From: Anthoceros angustus
Lineage: Eukaryota; Plantae; Anthocerotophyta
Reading direction: 5' to 3'
DNA length: 64,000 nucleotides
Assembly: GCA_010909165.1 (NCBI GenBank)
Contig: MU008161.1
Coordinates: 1,178,001-1,242,000, forward strand
How positions within the stretch are numbered: the first letter of the stretch is position 1; each line of letters begins with the position of its first letter. Both the position numbers and the translations under genes were made by a program. Below are positions 12,101 to 25,357 of the stretch, piece by piece. Below the pieces are notes generated by a model that searched no databases, was not told the origin of the DNA, and was given only the letters and a program-made list of their open reading frames with translations.

Positions 12101-13850
12101 GGACCGGCGGGCGGTCACGATGGCCATCAAGGACGATGGACGGAAGGTTGCTCTCCCGTCCATTGCCCCGAAGGACGACGGACGGAAGGTTGCTCTCCCG
12201 TCTGTTGCCATCAAGGACCTGGTATGCACGGTCCTCGCTCCCCTGGCTGTTACCGTCTCTTCATAGGTACATGCTGGTGGAGGGAGGGGAGGTGTACACC
12301 TCGGAGGTCGAGGTGCAGGCAGGGTAATGTGGAACGCCTTGCCGGGAATGTCCTTTCCCGGCAACTGGAATCTGTACACTTCAGTGTGGCTGGAAATAAA
12401 GAAACGGGCGCCTGTGAGGTCTGGTTGGCGGAATGGAGGGGTATGGAGTGGTGCCCCTCCATGCAGGTCGACACAGGCAACCCGGCGATCCGTGTTTCCA
12501 TTTATTCGTGGGTCATGATTGCCTTCAATTTCCGATTGTGCTGGTCTTAAGCCGTGAGGATGGACATTTATGTGTCGCGATGCGGCACATGGACCCGTTA
12601 GGAAAGGAAGGAGTTCATATCCGCGAGAAAGAAACGAAGGGAGGTCAAAGGAAGGCGAAGGGAGCCGGGGCGATCGTCCGAGGCCATCGTCCTGGTGAGG
12701 CGAAGGAAAGGAAATCGACGTGGTTGAATGCGCAGGGGGCTCTGCTCAAGCGGTAGCAACCCCTCAGGCCGAGGGGACTCCGGAAGAAGAGGCACCGAGA
12801 CCACAAATTCTTGCAAAGGCCGTGCAAGTCGGAGATGTTGTGCATCTAAGTCGTCTGTTTTGGGACAGAATGAAGCTGCAGATGTGGAGGGTTCACATCG
12901 GATGCACGCCCGTGGATGAAGATCCACAATTGAGGCATGGACACAGGAGAGGGAGGACGGCGGGCCGGTCACAAGCGATGGCCATCAAGGACGATGGACA
13001 GAAGGTTGCTCTCCCGTCCATTGCCTTGAAGGACGACGGACGGAAGGTTGCTCTCCCGTCTGTTGCCATCAAGGACCTGGTATGCACGGGCCTCGCTCCC
13101 CTGGCTCTTACTGTCTCTTCATAGGTACATGTTGGTGGAGGGGACCCCGGTGTAAACCTTGGAGGTCGAGGTGCAGGCAGGGTAATGTGGAACGCCTCGC
13201 CGGGAAGGTCCATTCCCGGCGGATGAAATCTGTACACTTCAGTGTGGCTAGAAATAAAAAAACGGGCGCCTGTGAGGTTTGGTTGGCGGAATGGAGGGGT
13301 ATGGAGTGGTGCCCCTCCATATGCGTCGGCACAGCCGATACGTGACAGAGGGTCATGATTGCCTTCAATTTCCGATTGTGTCTTAGCGTGAGGATGGACA
13401 TGAATTAAACAAAGGCTACTAATTCCGCACATTGCCCCAAGCGTGGTCACTGCTCTAAAAGGAAAGTCTGCGGAATGTGTGTCTCGATGCGACATGGACC
13501 CGTTAGGAAAGGAAGGAGTTCATATCCGCGGGCGAAAGAAAGGACGAAGGGAGGTCAAAGGGAAGCCCAGGGCAGAGCGTCCGGCCATCGTCCCCGTGAG
13601 GCGAAGGAAAGGAAATCGACGTGGTTGAATGCGGGGGGCTCTGCGCAGCAACCCCTCAGGCGAGGGGACTCCAGGGAAGAAGAGGCACCGGAGACTGAAA
13701 TTCTTGCAAAGGCGTGCACGAAGTCGGAGATGTTGTGCGCTAAGTCGTCTTTTGGGAGAATGAGCTGCGAGATGTGGAGGGTTCACATCGGATGCACGCA
13801 GTGGATGAAGATCACAGCGAGGCATGGACACAGGAGAGGGAGGACGGCGG
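12101..13850. repeat. Tandem duplication of ~0.85-0.9 kb, each unit containing 42-bp sub-repeats
   Basis: Units ~12101-12954 and ~12955-13850 align; internal repeat AAGGACGACGGACGGAAGGTTGCTCTCCCGTC. Confidence 0.88.
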
Positions 13851-14736
13851 CATGGGACGCGATTTGCAGCCATTGGGTGCGTGTCCGTTCGGGCTTGTTT
13901 TCGCTTGGGAGCTCTACGAGATTTCGAGCATGAGCTCCACGCTTTCCCCGTAGACAAAGTGCGAGATAAAGGAGGTTATGCACACTAGCGATGGTGGGCC
14001 CTGCGAAATGTTTTGCCTTTGCATTCTTGACACAAGGCATGACACCGTCAATCGTGGCGATCGCCAAACATATGACATTGAATGTTGCACGAAGTGGAGT
14101 CACCCACGGCAGCGAACCGTTCCGGCGTTGTCCCCAACCCCTCGATATCGACCACCGTCATCCCTTTCTATCCATCGTTCGCGGAAGGCGAATTGTGGCG
14201 GCGACCAGGCGTCCATCCGAAGACATCTCGGTGTCGAACTCGTCTTCCCGGCACTCTCAGCTGACGGTAATCCAAACACGGACCCACAAGTCCGTTCCAT
14301 GCCACTCGATGGCTCGGTGAGTCGGCGGTGGCATTTGGCGTCGTGAGACATCTGGTGATGTCTCGCAACGCTTGATTCGTGAGAACACCATAGGGGGTCT
14401 GTCGGAGGCTTCCATTGTCGACACATAATGCGGATGCTTTAGCTGCGGACGCATCCGGGTTCCCGGAGGCAGCGGTCGGTCGTGAGTCCACGTGCGTCCA
14501 TGGTGGAAGCATTTTCTTGTGCCAGACTTCTTTTTATTCGAATGGGCTTATTTGTTTGAAGTGCGGAACGCTTCCATTTTAATCAAGTTCTTCCTCCCAG
14601 ATTCTTCTTCGCGTCATCCACAGTCACGCAGGGAGAATGCCACGAATCACGATCGTACATGTTACGCCCTTGCCGAGAGTGCGTGCGTCGGGGCCGTATT
14701 CCGACTCACGTCTCGAGTTCATTGCCTTCGCCAAGT

Positions 14737-17685
14737 GATGGAAGGCGGCCAGTGGTACGGACCATTGTGACCTTCGCTGATCGGTGCTCCATATGGTTCA
14801 ATTGTTGTGGTTAATGGCAACCGCCCATGCAATAATTGCAGGACGATGGGCATGGGCAACCGTATGGTGGCCACCATGCATCCCCGCCGGACACGGTGTC
14901 ACATATGTCCGAGGGCACCGTCAGCGGGCGATGCTATGATGATAGCGGTAATTAGACAATTCGGAAGAGCGGATGGTGAGGACTTGCCCACCGGGTACAC
15001 GATGGATGAGTTGTTGGCGGCACCACAGCGGGAGGCAAGCGATGCCGGAGACGGCGTCTTGGCGGCGGTGAAACGCCTTGTACGACATCCCGAAGGGCAT
15101 GGTTCGAAGGAAAGCGGGCTAAGCGCCACACTCTTATTGTTGTCTTGGCAATCAATGTATGACATCGATGGCGTCGCCATGATGGGACTTTTGCGGCTAA
15201 TTACCGATATTACGCCACCGGGGCGCACGCCCAAAGACATGTACGAGGCCAAGGCACTTTTATACATGTTTGGGCCAAGGTACGAAAATCCACCGTGAGA
15301 GGGACCATGTTTTATCTAGGAGAAAATCGCCGACTACACGCATTGCCAGTCGACACCACGGTTTAGGGAAGGGTTTGATGAGGAAGATGAAATACGCGTA
15401 AGGTGCTTTGGCATTTTCCGTTGAAGGCACGCTGCGCGAATGTTTCAAATGCCACATACGGTAGATGATGATGACATGGTATGTGGGGAAAGCAGGAGGA
15501 CATGACCATCATGGTGACACGCTTGGACAGCTCTTGATGGAGTAGACGGCTTTGGGGAAGAGCAACGAAAGCGTAAGGTTTGCATTGTGCAGATGGCTTC
15601 AATCCATTTGGCCACAGTGCGCAAACACATCCATATGGCGGTTTTGTTGTTCGTGCACAATATGCCACCATGGGCCAGCACAAAGGATGCGAATGTGATT
15701 ATGCCGTTGATTGTGCGGGGCGCGCCAGAATGATGTCTTTATGGCGCCTTTAATCGAGGACTGCGGGACCTTTGGAGAGGCATGGACACGGAAGACTTCT
15801 CCAAACCGGTCAACCATCCAAGCAGGCATTTCAAACTACGAGCGATTTTGCACGTCATAGCAGTTACCCAGCCTTGGGACCACGGGATTGCAAGTGAGGG
15901 GCCCGTGCATGTGTTGATTCTTTGGGAGGACTTGGATTCACGGTATTCTTGGACTTGAAGAAAGAAATATGCTGGTTTTAGGAGGTGGCGGACGGCGGTG
16001 GGCGGTGGACGGGGCGTGGGCTGGTACAATGGAGTGGCAGTATCGCCCCCACCCCGCCATCTTCGTCGATGTCATCAAGATATGGCGCCAGTGAACGCGA
16101 CCCGGCGGACTGCGCCATCGAGGCCGGTTTGGAACCGGCGAAGGTCGGCCTTGTTTGTAGACCTCCCATACTGGCGGTATTTGCTGAAATGGGCACCAAA
16201 GGACGTTATGCACGTCGAGAAAAACAACGCCGAAGCCATTTGGCATACGTTGACTGGAGACCGAGATGACATAGCCTCACGGATGGACATGGAAGCGAGT
16301 GGAGGGAAAGGGTGGTTATGGCCTGTAGGAGAGGATGGCCATTGCCCCCCGGCGGCATATGTCCTGGGTCGAGAGGAACTGAAACGTGTTATTGAGGAAA
16401 TGAAACGCATAAAGGCGCCAGCGTACGGATCTAACATAGCTGCGAAAATCGCGAGCGGCAAGGTTAGCTGAAGTGCCATGGCGGCACATAATGATGGAAG
16501 TAGTCTTCCCTATTGTCCTCCGAGGGTGCATAGACCCCGATGTGTACAAGGCGGTGGTCAAGTTAGGCCGGTGTCAGTGGATTTGCCGTGGACAATACCG
16601 CCATGAAATCCAAGCAATGAAAGAGGAGGCAGCGAGGGTGATGTGCGATCTGGAAAAGCAATTCCCTCCAAAATGTTTGATATATCGACTCACCGATAAT
16701 CCATCTAGTGGACGAGGTAGGCGTACTCGGACCGGTGCACACGAGGTGGATGTACCTGTCGAAAGATACCTTGGGACGAGGCGGTGTCCGTGTGGGAGGC
16801 CGATAGCGTTGGGGTACTTGAAGGAGAGCATGCACTATGGGATGGCATTTTGCGGCGTTATTATGGTCACGTTGGAGGGCTATGGAGTGCGAGCGGCGAG
16901 GCGGAGAGAAGGTGCTCGGTCTTTGGGAGGCCTTGGATGCCGTGGAGGCACTGGCAGGCTATGTGTTGTACCACATGGAGGTGATGCGGCGTTTCTAGAT
17001 ATGTGTCGAGGAAGAGGTCGGGAGGTATGGTTCACGTGGAGACCGCGAACTTTCAAGGTTTGGGCGCATGCGGGAAGGGCTGCCAACGCATGGGAGAATC
17101 ACCCGGCTATGACGGATGAAGTGCGCGCTATCATGGACGGTCCACGAATGGAGGCGGTAGTCGGCATATGTGGAACAAAGGCAGCCACCTTAGAACTATA
17201 GAGGCGAGATACGGCGCGGAGCACTAAGGACAGTGGTGCTCGCAAAATTTTAATGAGCGGGGACGAGGCGGATGAAGGTTGTGAAGGAGAGCGAGTGTTT
17301 TATGGTCACATACAGAAATTTTGCGTGCACTTGGGAGGAGTACAAGCTGTTATGTCAAGGTTCGTTGATGCAGTGTGAGCCGAGTGGACCCAGGCCATCA
17401 TTGCGGACATCGTACACGGATTCGACAGTGAACATGGAGAGACTTTGCACATACAGTGCGCTCCATCGATGGCCCATTTGTGTGGCCCTCACAGTAACCC
17501 AATGCATGCTACATCCGAGGATGGATGAAAACATCGGGTGGGCGTGGCGGTTCCCGCACCACGGGATGGAGGTAGGAACCCATGGATTGAGGCGAGATAG
17601 GAATGATCGTAATTGGGGTAGAGATGATGGCGCAAGTGACGGGTTTGCCGACCTCCATAATATGGCGGGCTTGCGGGCATATTAA
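14737..17685 (+). mobile_element. CACTA/En-Spm TnpD-like transposase relic (Transposase_21 / DUF4218 type), frameshifted
   Basis: PCNNC at ~14825; VRFAL..DGFNPFG ~15570-15612; NMPPW ~15660; LPYWRYLL...DVMHVEKN (15998-16471); CDLEKQFPP (16473-17201). No CACTA terminal repeat found. Confidence 0.88.
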
Positions 17686-17899
17686 TCCTCCGTATGTAAA
17701 CGAATAAGCGTCGATTAGGCCGACAACACTAATTGCCTCGAATGCACATTGGTGACGCTGTACCCGATGGTAGGCTGCCGGAAGTCAATGACCAAGGGAT
17801 ATGAGTGCAGGAAGCGGCGTCCGCGTGCGCGTCATGTTTCGCAATTGCCTCGAAGGACGCCATGGATGGCTCATATGTTTCAAATCTAAGGCCAGCCAG

Positions 17900-20460
17900 T
17901 TATGCAGAGTGCACGATACCGCCATGAGGGACGAAGGCAAGGAAAAGGTTGCCTACAGAGGGAGCCAAAAAATTGCAGGGGAAGGAAGGTGACGCATGCA
18001 AGAAATGGCGTGGAGACGGATAGAGGTGGCCAAGGATGTCGGCCGTGTATGCGGCCGGCAGACCTACGGAGGCGTCTGACGGGCCGTGACAGACCGTAGG
18101 AAGGTGGAGGGGATGAGGAGGGTAGGTCGTCTTGCCTATCCTCCTCATCCGCCCCATCCACCTTCCGGCTCAATCGGCGAGCACGGTGGGAGGAGGCGCA
18201 AAGGAGGCAACAAAGCGTGAAGGAGGGAAGACGCGATGGCGGGCATGTAGGTTCAGTTCGATGGCGTGAAACTTGGCACCTTCCATCCCGACGACGGCAA
18301 TTGGAGCAATGCGAGCTGCAGGACATGGACCAAGAAAGCGAAATCTGGACGAGTTAGTGTGTTGTGGCACAGATGATATCGGTGACGCCACGCAACACAT
18401 TGTACGGTGTCGACATATAGACCCGGTGTCCGGATGAACGCGTCATTTCCATGTGCATTGTGTGAATGCGGTTGGATGTGCAGGCGATGGATGGCAAGTA
18501 GGGGGAATGGGAACTATCAAGTGGAAGAGGAGAACAACCCGTCACGCTTCATGCGGAGGAGTTGGATGTAAGAGAGGAGGACGAAAATGCGAGGCACGCG
18601 AGGCACGGGCAGACCGGAGGGAGGGAGGACAGGAAGGACCGACGGGTGCAGGCCCTAGAAAGGGGAATGGCGGGCGGAATTTGTTGCGGTGGAGGTGTCA
18701 TATCAAGCGAGGCGAGGAAGGCAAGATGTGAATGCCCTCGTAAATGGTGTTGATAACGAGGCCTTGGTGAATGCTTTGCTGCACAAGCATGGAGTGAAAT
18801 GGCTGAGGAACGCAATTGAGTTGTGAAAGGCGTCGGCAGCTGTTGTTCGGTGGGCTAAGCGAAGGAGACACGAAGAAATCGGAGCTAGTCGGGACAAAGG
18901 TTGTGAGCGACACAGGGTACGACAAGGTGGAGGGACGTTCAAAAGCGGAAGGCCCGGTTAATCAAGTGTGTGGCGGAAGCCTTCCAGTTAGTCTTTGAAG
19001 TCGTGCATAAGTAGACATTTCTCTCAAATGACGCGACGAATGCCGATGTGGATCTGCGAAGGCCGCGCTGGAAGAGAGGAAAAGGGGAACTACCTCCGAA
19101 TAGGAAACCTTCCATGGTGGACGATGAAGAGTGGGAAGATGCCTTAGCATGGGCACGACACGAGCTGAAAAGGAACGGCCGTTTTCAGCCATCCAAGCAC
19201 GAAATAGCAGCGAAGGAGAGACTAGCCAGAAATGGCGGTATGGGTCCAAACCCGTGGGGAAAGGGAGGTCGGACAGGCTGGGTGTTGCGGTTTCACAAAC
19301 GGTATGGCACGTATCCTGCAGATGACGAGGCAGAGTATGGCATGCTAGAAGGAACGACAAACATGGAAGTGCTATGGGCAGTCCGCGGCAGGGATTCGGT
19401 CGGAGGGAGGGAGGACAGGAAGGACCGACGGTGCAGAGGCCCTAGAAAGGGGAATGGCGGGCGGAATTTGTTGCGTGGAGGTGTCATATCAACCGGCGAG
19501 GCGAGGAAGGAGGCACAATAGATGTGAATGCCCTCGTAAATGGTGTTGATAACGAGGCCTTGGTGAATGCTTTGCTGCACAAGCATGGAGTGAAATGGCT
19601 GAGGGACTGAGAGTTGTGAAAGGCGCCGGGCACCGTATGGGCTAAGCGAAGGAGACACGAAGAAATGCTGGAGCTAGTCGGGACAAAGGTTGTGAACGAC
19701 TGGGTACCGACAAGGTGGAGGGACGTTCAAAAGCGGAAGGCCCGGTTAATCAAGTGTGGCGGAAGCCTTCCAGTTAGTCTTTGAAGTCGTGCATAAGTAG
19801 ACATTTCTCTCAAATGACGCGACGAATGCCGATGTGGATGCGGGCCGCTATACGCTGGAAGAGAGGGAAAAGGGGAACTACCTCCGAATAGGAAACCTTC
19901 CATGGTGGACGGCGAAGAGTGGGAAGATGCCTTAGCATGGGCACGAGCAAAAGGAACGGCCGCTTTCAGCCATCCAAGCATGAAATAAATAAGGAGAGAC
20001 TAGCCGAAATGGCGGTATGGGTCCAAACCCGTGGGGAAAGGGAGTTGACAGCGGTTTCACAAGCGGTATGGCACGTATCCTGCAGATGACGAGGCGAGTA
20101 TGGCATGCTAGAAGGAACGACAAACATGGAAGTGCTAGGGCGCCGCGATGGGGCGATTCGGTGCGGAGTTCCTCAGACGTGTGAGGGAGGCAAAGTATGC
20201 ACGAACCCACGAGATGCAGGAGATTGCCGGATAACGCGGGAAAGGATGCGTTCGAATGATATAGAGTTGGAGAAGGATCCTGATCTCGTGGCCTTCCAAG
20301 GAGGAGGATAGTGGAATGGGTCAATCCTTCCAGACGGTGGGGCGCTAGATGTGAGGCGGGAAGGCATTCGAGCCGCGGGGAGCCACAAGCATGTGGTGGA
20401 GAAAAACGCGCACAAATGTGCGGGAAGGAAGGACGAATGGACAACGGCGAAGTGGAACCC
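17900..20460 (+). mobile_element. CACTA TnpA-like (Ptta/En/Spm) ORF relic
   Basis: KPSMVDDEEWEDALAW...RNGGMGPNPWGKGG pattern (19048-19521), downstream of TnpD on the same strand as in En/Spm. Confidence 0.6.
18615..20140. repeat. Tandem duplication of ~0.78 kb inside the TnpA-like region
   Basis: 18615-19380 and 19401-20140 align, differing mostly by small indels. Confidence 0.9.
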
Positions 20461-22039
20461 GACATGGAGAGGGGCGTCACGAGGTGAACGATCAACCATG
20501 GGAGGACAGACATCAAGGCGGTGGTAGGCCATGGAGCACCAAATGATGAGAACAAAACAAAGCAGTGCGGCCGTGAGAGAAGGAAACGCTTACGGTGGGG
20601 CAAACATCGCGTGCGGGCGGCGAGCAAGGCGGACATCGCCGACTATGGCGAGGCGATGAGGTGGTGGTCAGCGACACCACGAACGGCCGTGGTTGTGGCA
20701 TAGCATATGGTCATGATCGTAGAGGGGGCATGGTGGGGCATGGTGACTCGGGAAAACGGGGCAACGAAGAACATGGTAGGGAGAGGGGCGTCGTAAGTGA
20801 GTTGTACATGGGGCCGGTACACATCCGTGGAATGGCGGATCGGGGACATCAAGGCTGGTAGTGGCGCAACAGGATGGGCAGGATGGACAATGGAGGGCAG
20901 CAGGGGGGGACCGTGGGGTGACGACATGTGTGCGCAATGGTGCCAAAAAAACGTTGCCCTCAGCGGGGGCAGGCAGGGAATGGAGGCGCGAGACAGAAAT
21001 GAGACATCTGTCACGGGGGATCCAGCAGCCTCCAATGGACAGACTGACGGCGTCACGACATGGTGACGATGAGGAAGAGCACAGGGAGGTGGCGGAAGAG
21101 GATGGAGATGTGAACGCGCCGTGCGAACTTTGCAAACACATGCCGAGTCGGATGAGAGCATGGACACACAGGCGGGGCTCGAAAAGGTGACGAACCTATG
21201 GAGGATGGAGGAGGCCGGAAGAGGAAAGGAAGGGAATGCCGGCAAGGCGGATGGGGAAGGAAGAGTTACAGTCGGGGCAGCCAAGGCAGTGACAAGCACG
21301 CGGAGGCGGGGAAGTGGGCGGAAACAAAACAAAGAGAAGGCCGAGAAGGTAAGCACACCAAATTGCAACCGCACTCGCCACCGCTTGTGCTTACAGCCAA
21401 GGGCCATGGGAATGGCATGTGGTCATATGTTCTTGCGAAATCCAGGTGGAATCGCGGAGCTGCGGCGGAAGGAAAACCAGTGAGCTTGAGGAAGGAAGGG
21501 CAAAATCGGTAGCAGTGTGGGAGGTGCAGTTCCAGTGCGCATCTGACGAGGAGTAGGCCTTCACCGAAACGAACGGGCGGGCAAGAGAATGCCAACCACA
21601 ACCCCAAATTCACCCCTCAGCGAGGAGGGAGCACAGTGGGTCGCGGATGGAGATTGCGGTTCATTCCTCGCCGACGGTGAAAGGGACACGGATGCGGATG
21701 CGGATGCCGGTAGATTCATCCAGCGAGGAGGACGGCCAATTTTGGATGTGGATGCGGAACCGCATGTTATCGTAGGGGTGGCGAAACTACGCCTTCGTTG
21801 TTCTTGTAGACTAAGGGTTTCCAAAACAAGTACCCTATCACGGGATGCCCACAAGGGCACGAAATACGAGTGACGTGAAAGGCACTGCAGCGAATAGGGT
21901 GGAAACAAACGCGCGTAAAATTTGCAGGCCGCACCGTATTGCAAAACGGAGTGCACAAATACGAATATCACTTGTACGTGTACATAATTTGAAAAGGCAT
22001 CGTATATGTATTTGAGCATATGTAGCTTTCAGACTCATA

Positions 22040-22957
22040 TGAGTCTCCTTTTTCTCCTAGACACATTAGATATGCCACATCGGTTATCTCACCTGTAGGC
22101 AAGAACTGCTTAGGGACTACATATCCTCCTTCCTTAGGGATCATGCAAGGGGCAGAAATCCTTAGTGTAGAGGCTCCTACACACTTGTCAGTTCCTACAG
22201 ATAACAAAGTTCATGGGTTAGCTTAGAGTAAATAAAATAAAAAGTGAAAGTATGATTAGCAGTTCAGTAAGCAAATTACTAGTTATAGTATCCTCCTTAT
22301 GCATTTCCAATTTTTCTTTGTTATCTTGTTGCCTCTCACGGAAAAAAAACCTAGTCATTCATGTCCCATATCTGTCACATGGCCACAACTTCTTAGTTTG
22401 TCTTTCCTAGTCATCATCTGCCTCATCATGGACCAAAAAAAAAAAAAGGACCATTTACTAGCTTCTGAAGTTTCCTAGTAGCAAATGGGTCAGCATATAT
22501 ATCTGTCCTCATACATCTCTCCCTCCAGCTTGGGCTTCCATCACTGATCTCTTCATTATCAGAGGCAAAGTGAAGGATAGCTATTCTATGGTATTCTTGA
22601 TGCCTTCCAGGAACAGCTGTCTCCATGGCACCTGTAAGGTGAGTAATGACAAAGTAAGAATGGAGGTTAGACATACTTTGTGGGTTACAATGGCTGGCTT
22701 ACAGGCGCACGAGATCTTACTCTCATTCTCAGCTGCTGGTGTCTCTTCTATGTCTTCATCGAATGCGTTATAGTTGATTGCTTCTTCAGACGACGAGGAT
22801 AACTCCACCACCATAGGGAAATGGACACTGTGGCTAGACACAGAATGTTGTTGAGACATTGACATATATGCAGGGGGCCTTCTTTGGTTTTAACAGCTGA
22901 AGCTAATGTCTGTAGGCTCCTCTTAGCCTCAGAGGCGACAGACCTGGTCGTTTCCAT
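22040..22957 (-). pseudogene. Spliced orphan gene fragment (unknown product)
   Basis: Short minus-strand ORFs linked by plausible introns with ...TTACAG (~22630) and ...CTGTAG (~22195) acceptors; no recognisable domain. Confidence 0.3.
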
Positions 22958-22967
22958 CTTTTCATCA

Positions 22968-22979
22968 TGGTATCAAAGC
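22968..22979 (+). promoter_or_regulatory. tRNA-Met-type PBS (TGGTATCAAAGC) after TTTTCATCA
   Basis: One mismatch to TGGTATCAGAGC; no upstream LTR recognised. Confidence 0.5.
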
Positions 22980-23782
22980 GTGGGGCGTATGGCCGCCCCG
23001 GCGCACCGCGGGTCCATGGGTGCCTGTGGCGCCATGGCCTTGAGCTCGCGCGTTCTAAATGTGTGTCTTCGTTAGAGTCAGATACTACAAACTCAGTGTG
23101 AGACGGACGAGGAGAAATATTAGCGGATGGGAGAGAAATTCTATGATTTAATTCATCAATTGTATCACTAAGCTGACAGACTTCATTAGTTAATAGAGAA
23201 ATTTTGTCTTAAACAAATTGTGAAATTTATTTTATATCAAAATTGATAGAATTAATACTATGCTGCAATATGTTAGAACCGGGAGATATAGAGCTAGCAC
23301 TAATGTTTGGAATATGCTGGAGTGCTAATTCTATAGCATTGACTTGCAATGAAGTAAACGAGGTAAGCAAATTTATTCAAGCAAGTTTGATTAATTTTCC
23401 TTGTAGATTTGTTTTAATCAAAATAGATCCAATGAAATTGCACACTAATTCAGAAACCTTATGAATTTCTTCAGCGCTTGAATGCCATTTCTTTTGGAGT
23501 CTATGATTGTGATCCTTACGTTGTTTCTACTGTCTTGCAGCTCGGAATTTCCTCCAATATCCTTGTTCACCAGGATAGATGGAATCCATGGTAAATGAAC
23601 AAGGATTGGATGCATAAATTGTGCATCATATAATTGCTAATTTGAGCATGTTGCAATTGCTGCCGAAATTCCAATCTCCATAATGCTTATGTGAAGATTA
23701 GATAATCTAGAATATAAAACATATTAGGGATTTGATAAATTCATAAGCAGCAAGTAGTATGCTCAAGGATCAAGAGCAAGGT

Positions 23783-24257
23783 GCTCTGATACCATGATGA
23801 AAATTACACACTTGCTCAAAAATATATGTAGCATTGCATAAAATGATAGAAAATGGGGGAAAAGAAGACTTTATTATAAAAAAGAGATGAGAAAAACTCA
23901 TCCACCCCAAAAACAAAGGGGGAAAAACCCAACGAAGGGCACCATGCCAGGGGACTAGCCCCCACGATCACACCTTTCAAAACTACCAACCACCCGATGA
24001 ACTTCGTGGTTAGGGATGTGAAAAAGCCTACTTACCACCATAGAAAATACAAGTGTGGAGGTGGTTATAGGTGGTTGTAACCAATATAACCAATAACTAA
24101 TAATATAAAGTAGAGGTGGTCATAGGTGGTTGTAATCAATATAACCAATAACTAAATAAAGTAACTACTTTTAGCCTTAGGAATTAAATAATGTTTAATT
24201 CTAGGGATTTCTAGGTTCCCTAATGAATAGTGCCATAATTAGTAAAGTATTTTATCA
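23783..24257 (-). mobile_element. Copia-type LTR (23795-24257) with tRNA-Met PBS (23783-23794)
   Basis: Exact TGGTATCAGAGC on minus; TGATGAAAAT...ATTTTATCA terminal inverted repeat; internal ~55-bp tandem repeat at ~24058-24156. Confidence 0.78.
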
Positions 24258-25357
24258 TGCTGCACATAGGGTGAGTATATGTGACTACGAGTTGATCCTA
24301 GACTTCTGCCCCACTTGTGTGATACTCGATATCAGATACTAGAACCTCATCTAGACCTCCTATCAAGAGCGCTAATGCAATGGAATTGAATTGTTCGCAT
24401 TTTTCTAATTCTACAGCAGCTGATGCAGGAACGGCATTGGGATCTGGCTTCTTGAGGATTCCATCTACAACTTTCCACACTGAGGTGAATGTGACACCTA
24501 AGTATGTAAGTGAGTTTCTACCCATGATGACTATGACAGGTTTGACTGGGTTAAGTGTTAATCTTTGCAATTGCTGTATCAAGCTATCTATCAACGTTGT
24601 GGACATGCGTAGATATCACTACTTGTGGTCATGACCAAAAGTAGATGATAGCTACCATGTTCTCATGCAATGGATAGTTCTGCTTCACATGTTACTGACC
24701 CAAGCCATGCAGGGAGGAGTGCTATGGGCGGTGCCGGAGTAGGAGCAAACATGATCATGTATGAACCTGCTCCAGCCTCGCCCCATAGTTCCCTCTCCCG
24801 GAATCTGCAAGGGTTAGTATGAACAAGCAAGAAAAATGATGATGCAACAACGAAGAAAGAAAAGGTTAGTAACCCTAGGGAAAATCTAGTCTCTATTCAT
24901 GAAACGATATGTTTTCTAACTGCCTAATGTCAACTTCAAATGAAAAGACGCGACGGTTATAATTATGAATACTAAAGACAGAGGTGTGAAGGGTCATGGC
25001 TGCTGGGCGCCGGAGCGACGTGATTGGGTCGTCCGCGCCTCTCCACCAAGTTTGTACCGCCTCAAATCTCCCTCGCGCCGTTTCAATCTTTGCAGCGGAA
25101 AATCACAAAAACATTGAATTTTGATGTGCCTGGTCAGAAGACAGTCCAATTTCTTGCACCTTGACTGTGAGTTGATCTAGTAGATTGGTAATCTTGCTAA
25201 TCTCTTTCTTCACATCCATGTAGGTGATATCAACTTGGTGCCCAAGGTATTCAGCGTCCTCAATGTCGGTTTTCAAAGATTCATGTTGCGACAAGATCAA
25301 GATAAGAGTTTTCTCAATTACGGTAGCAACAGCCAGAGATTTATCTGCAGTGCTTTG

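Noticed and set aside
9231-22100. CACTA terminal inverted repeats and 3-bp target duplication
   Set aside because: No CACTA...TAGTG pair found. The left end may lie beyond the Gypsy insertion, outside the window, so element limits are not called.
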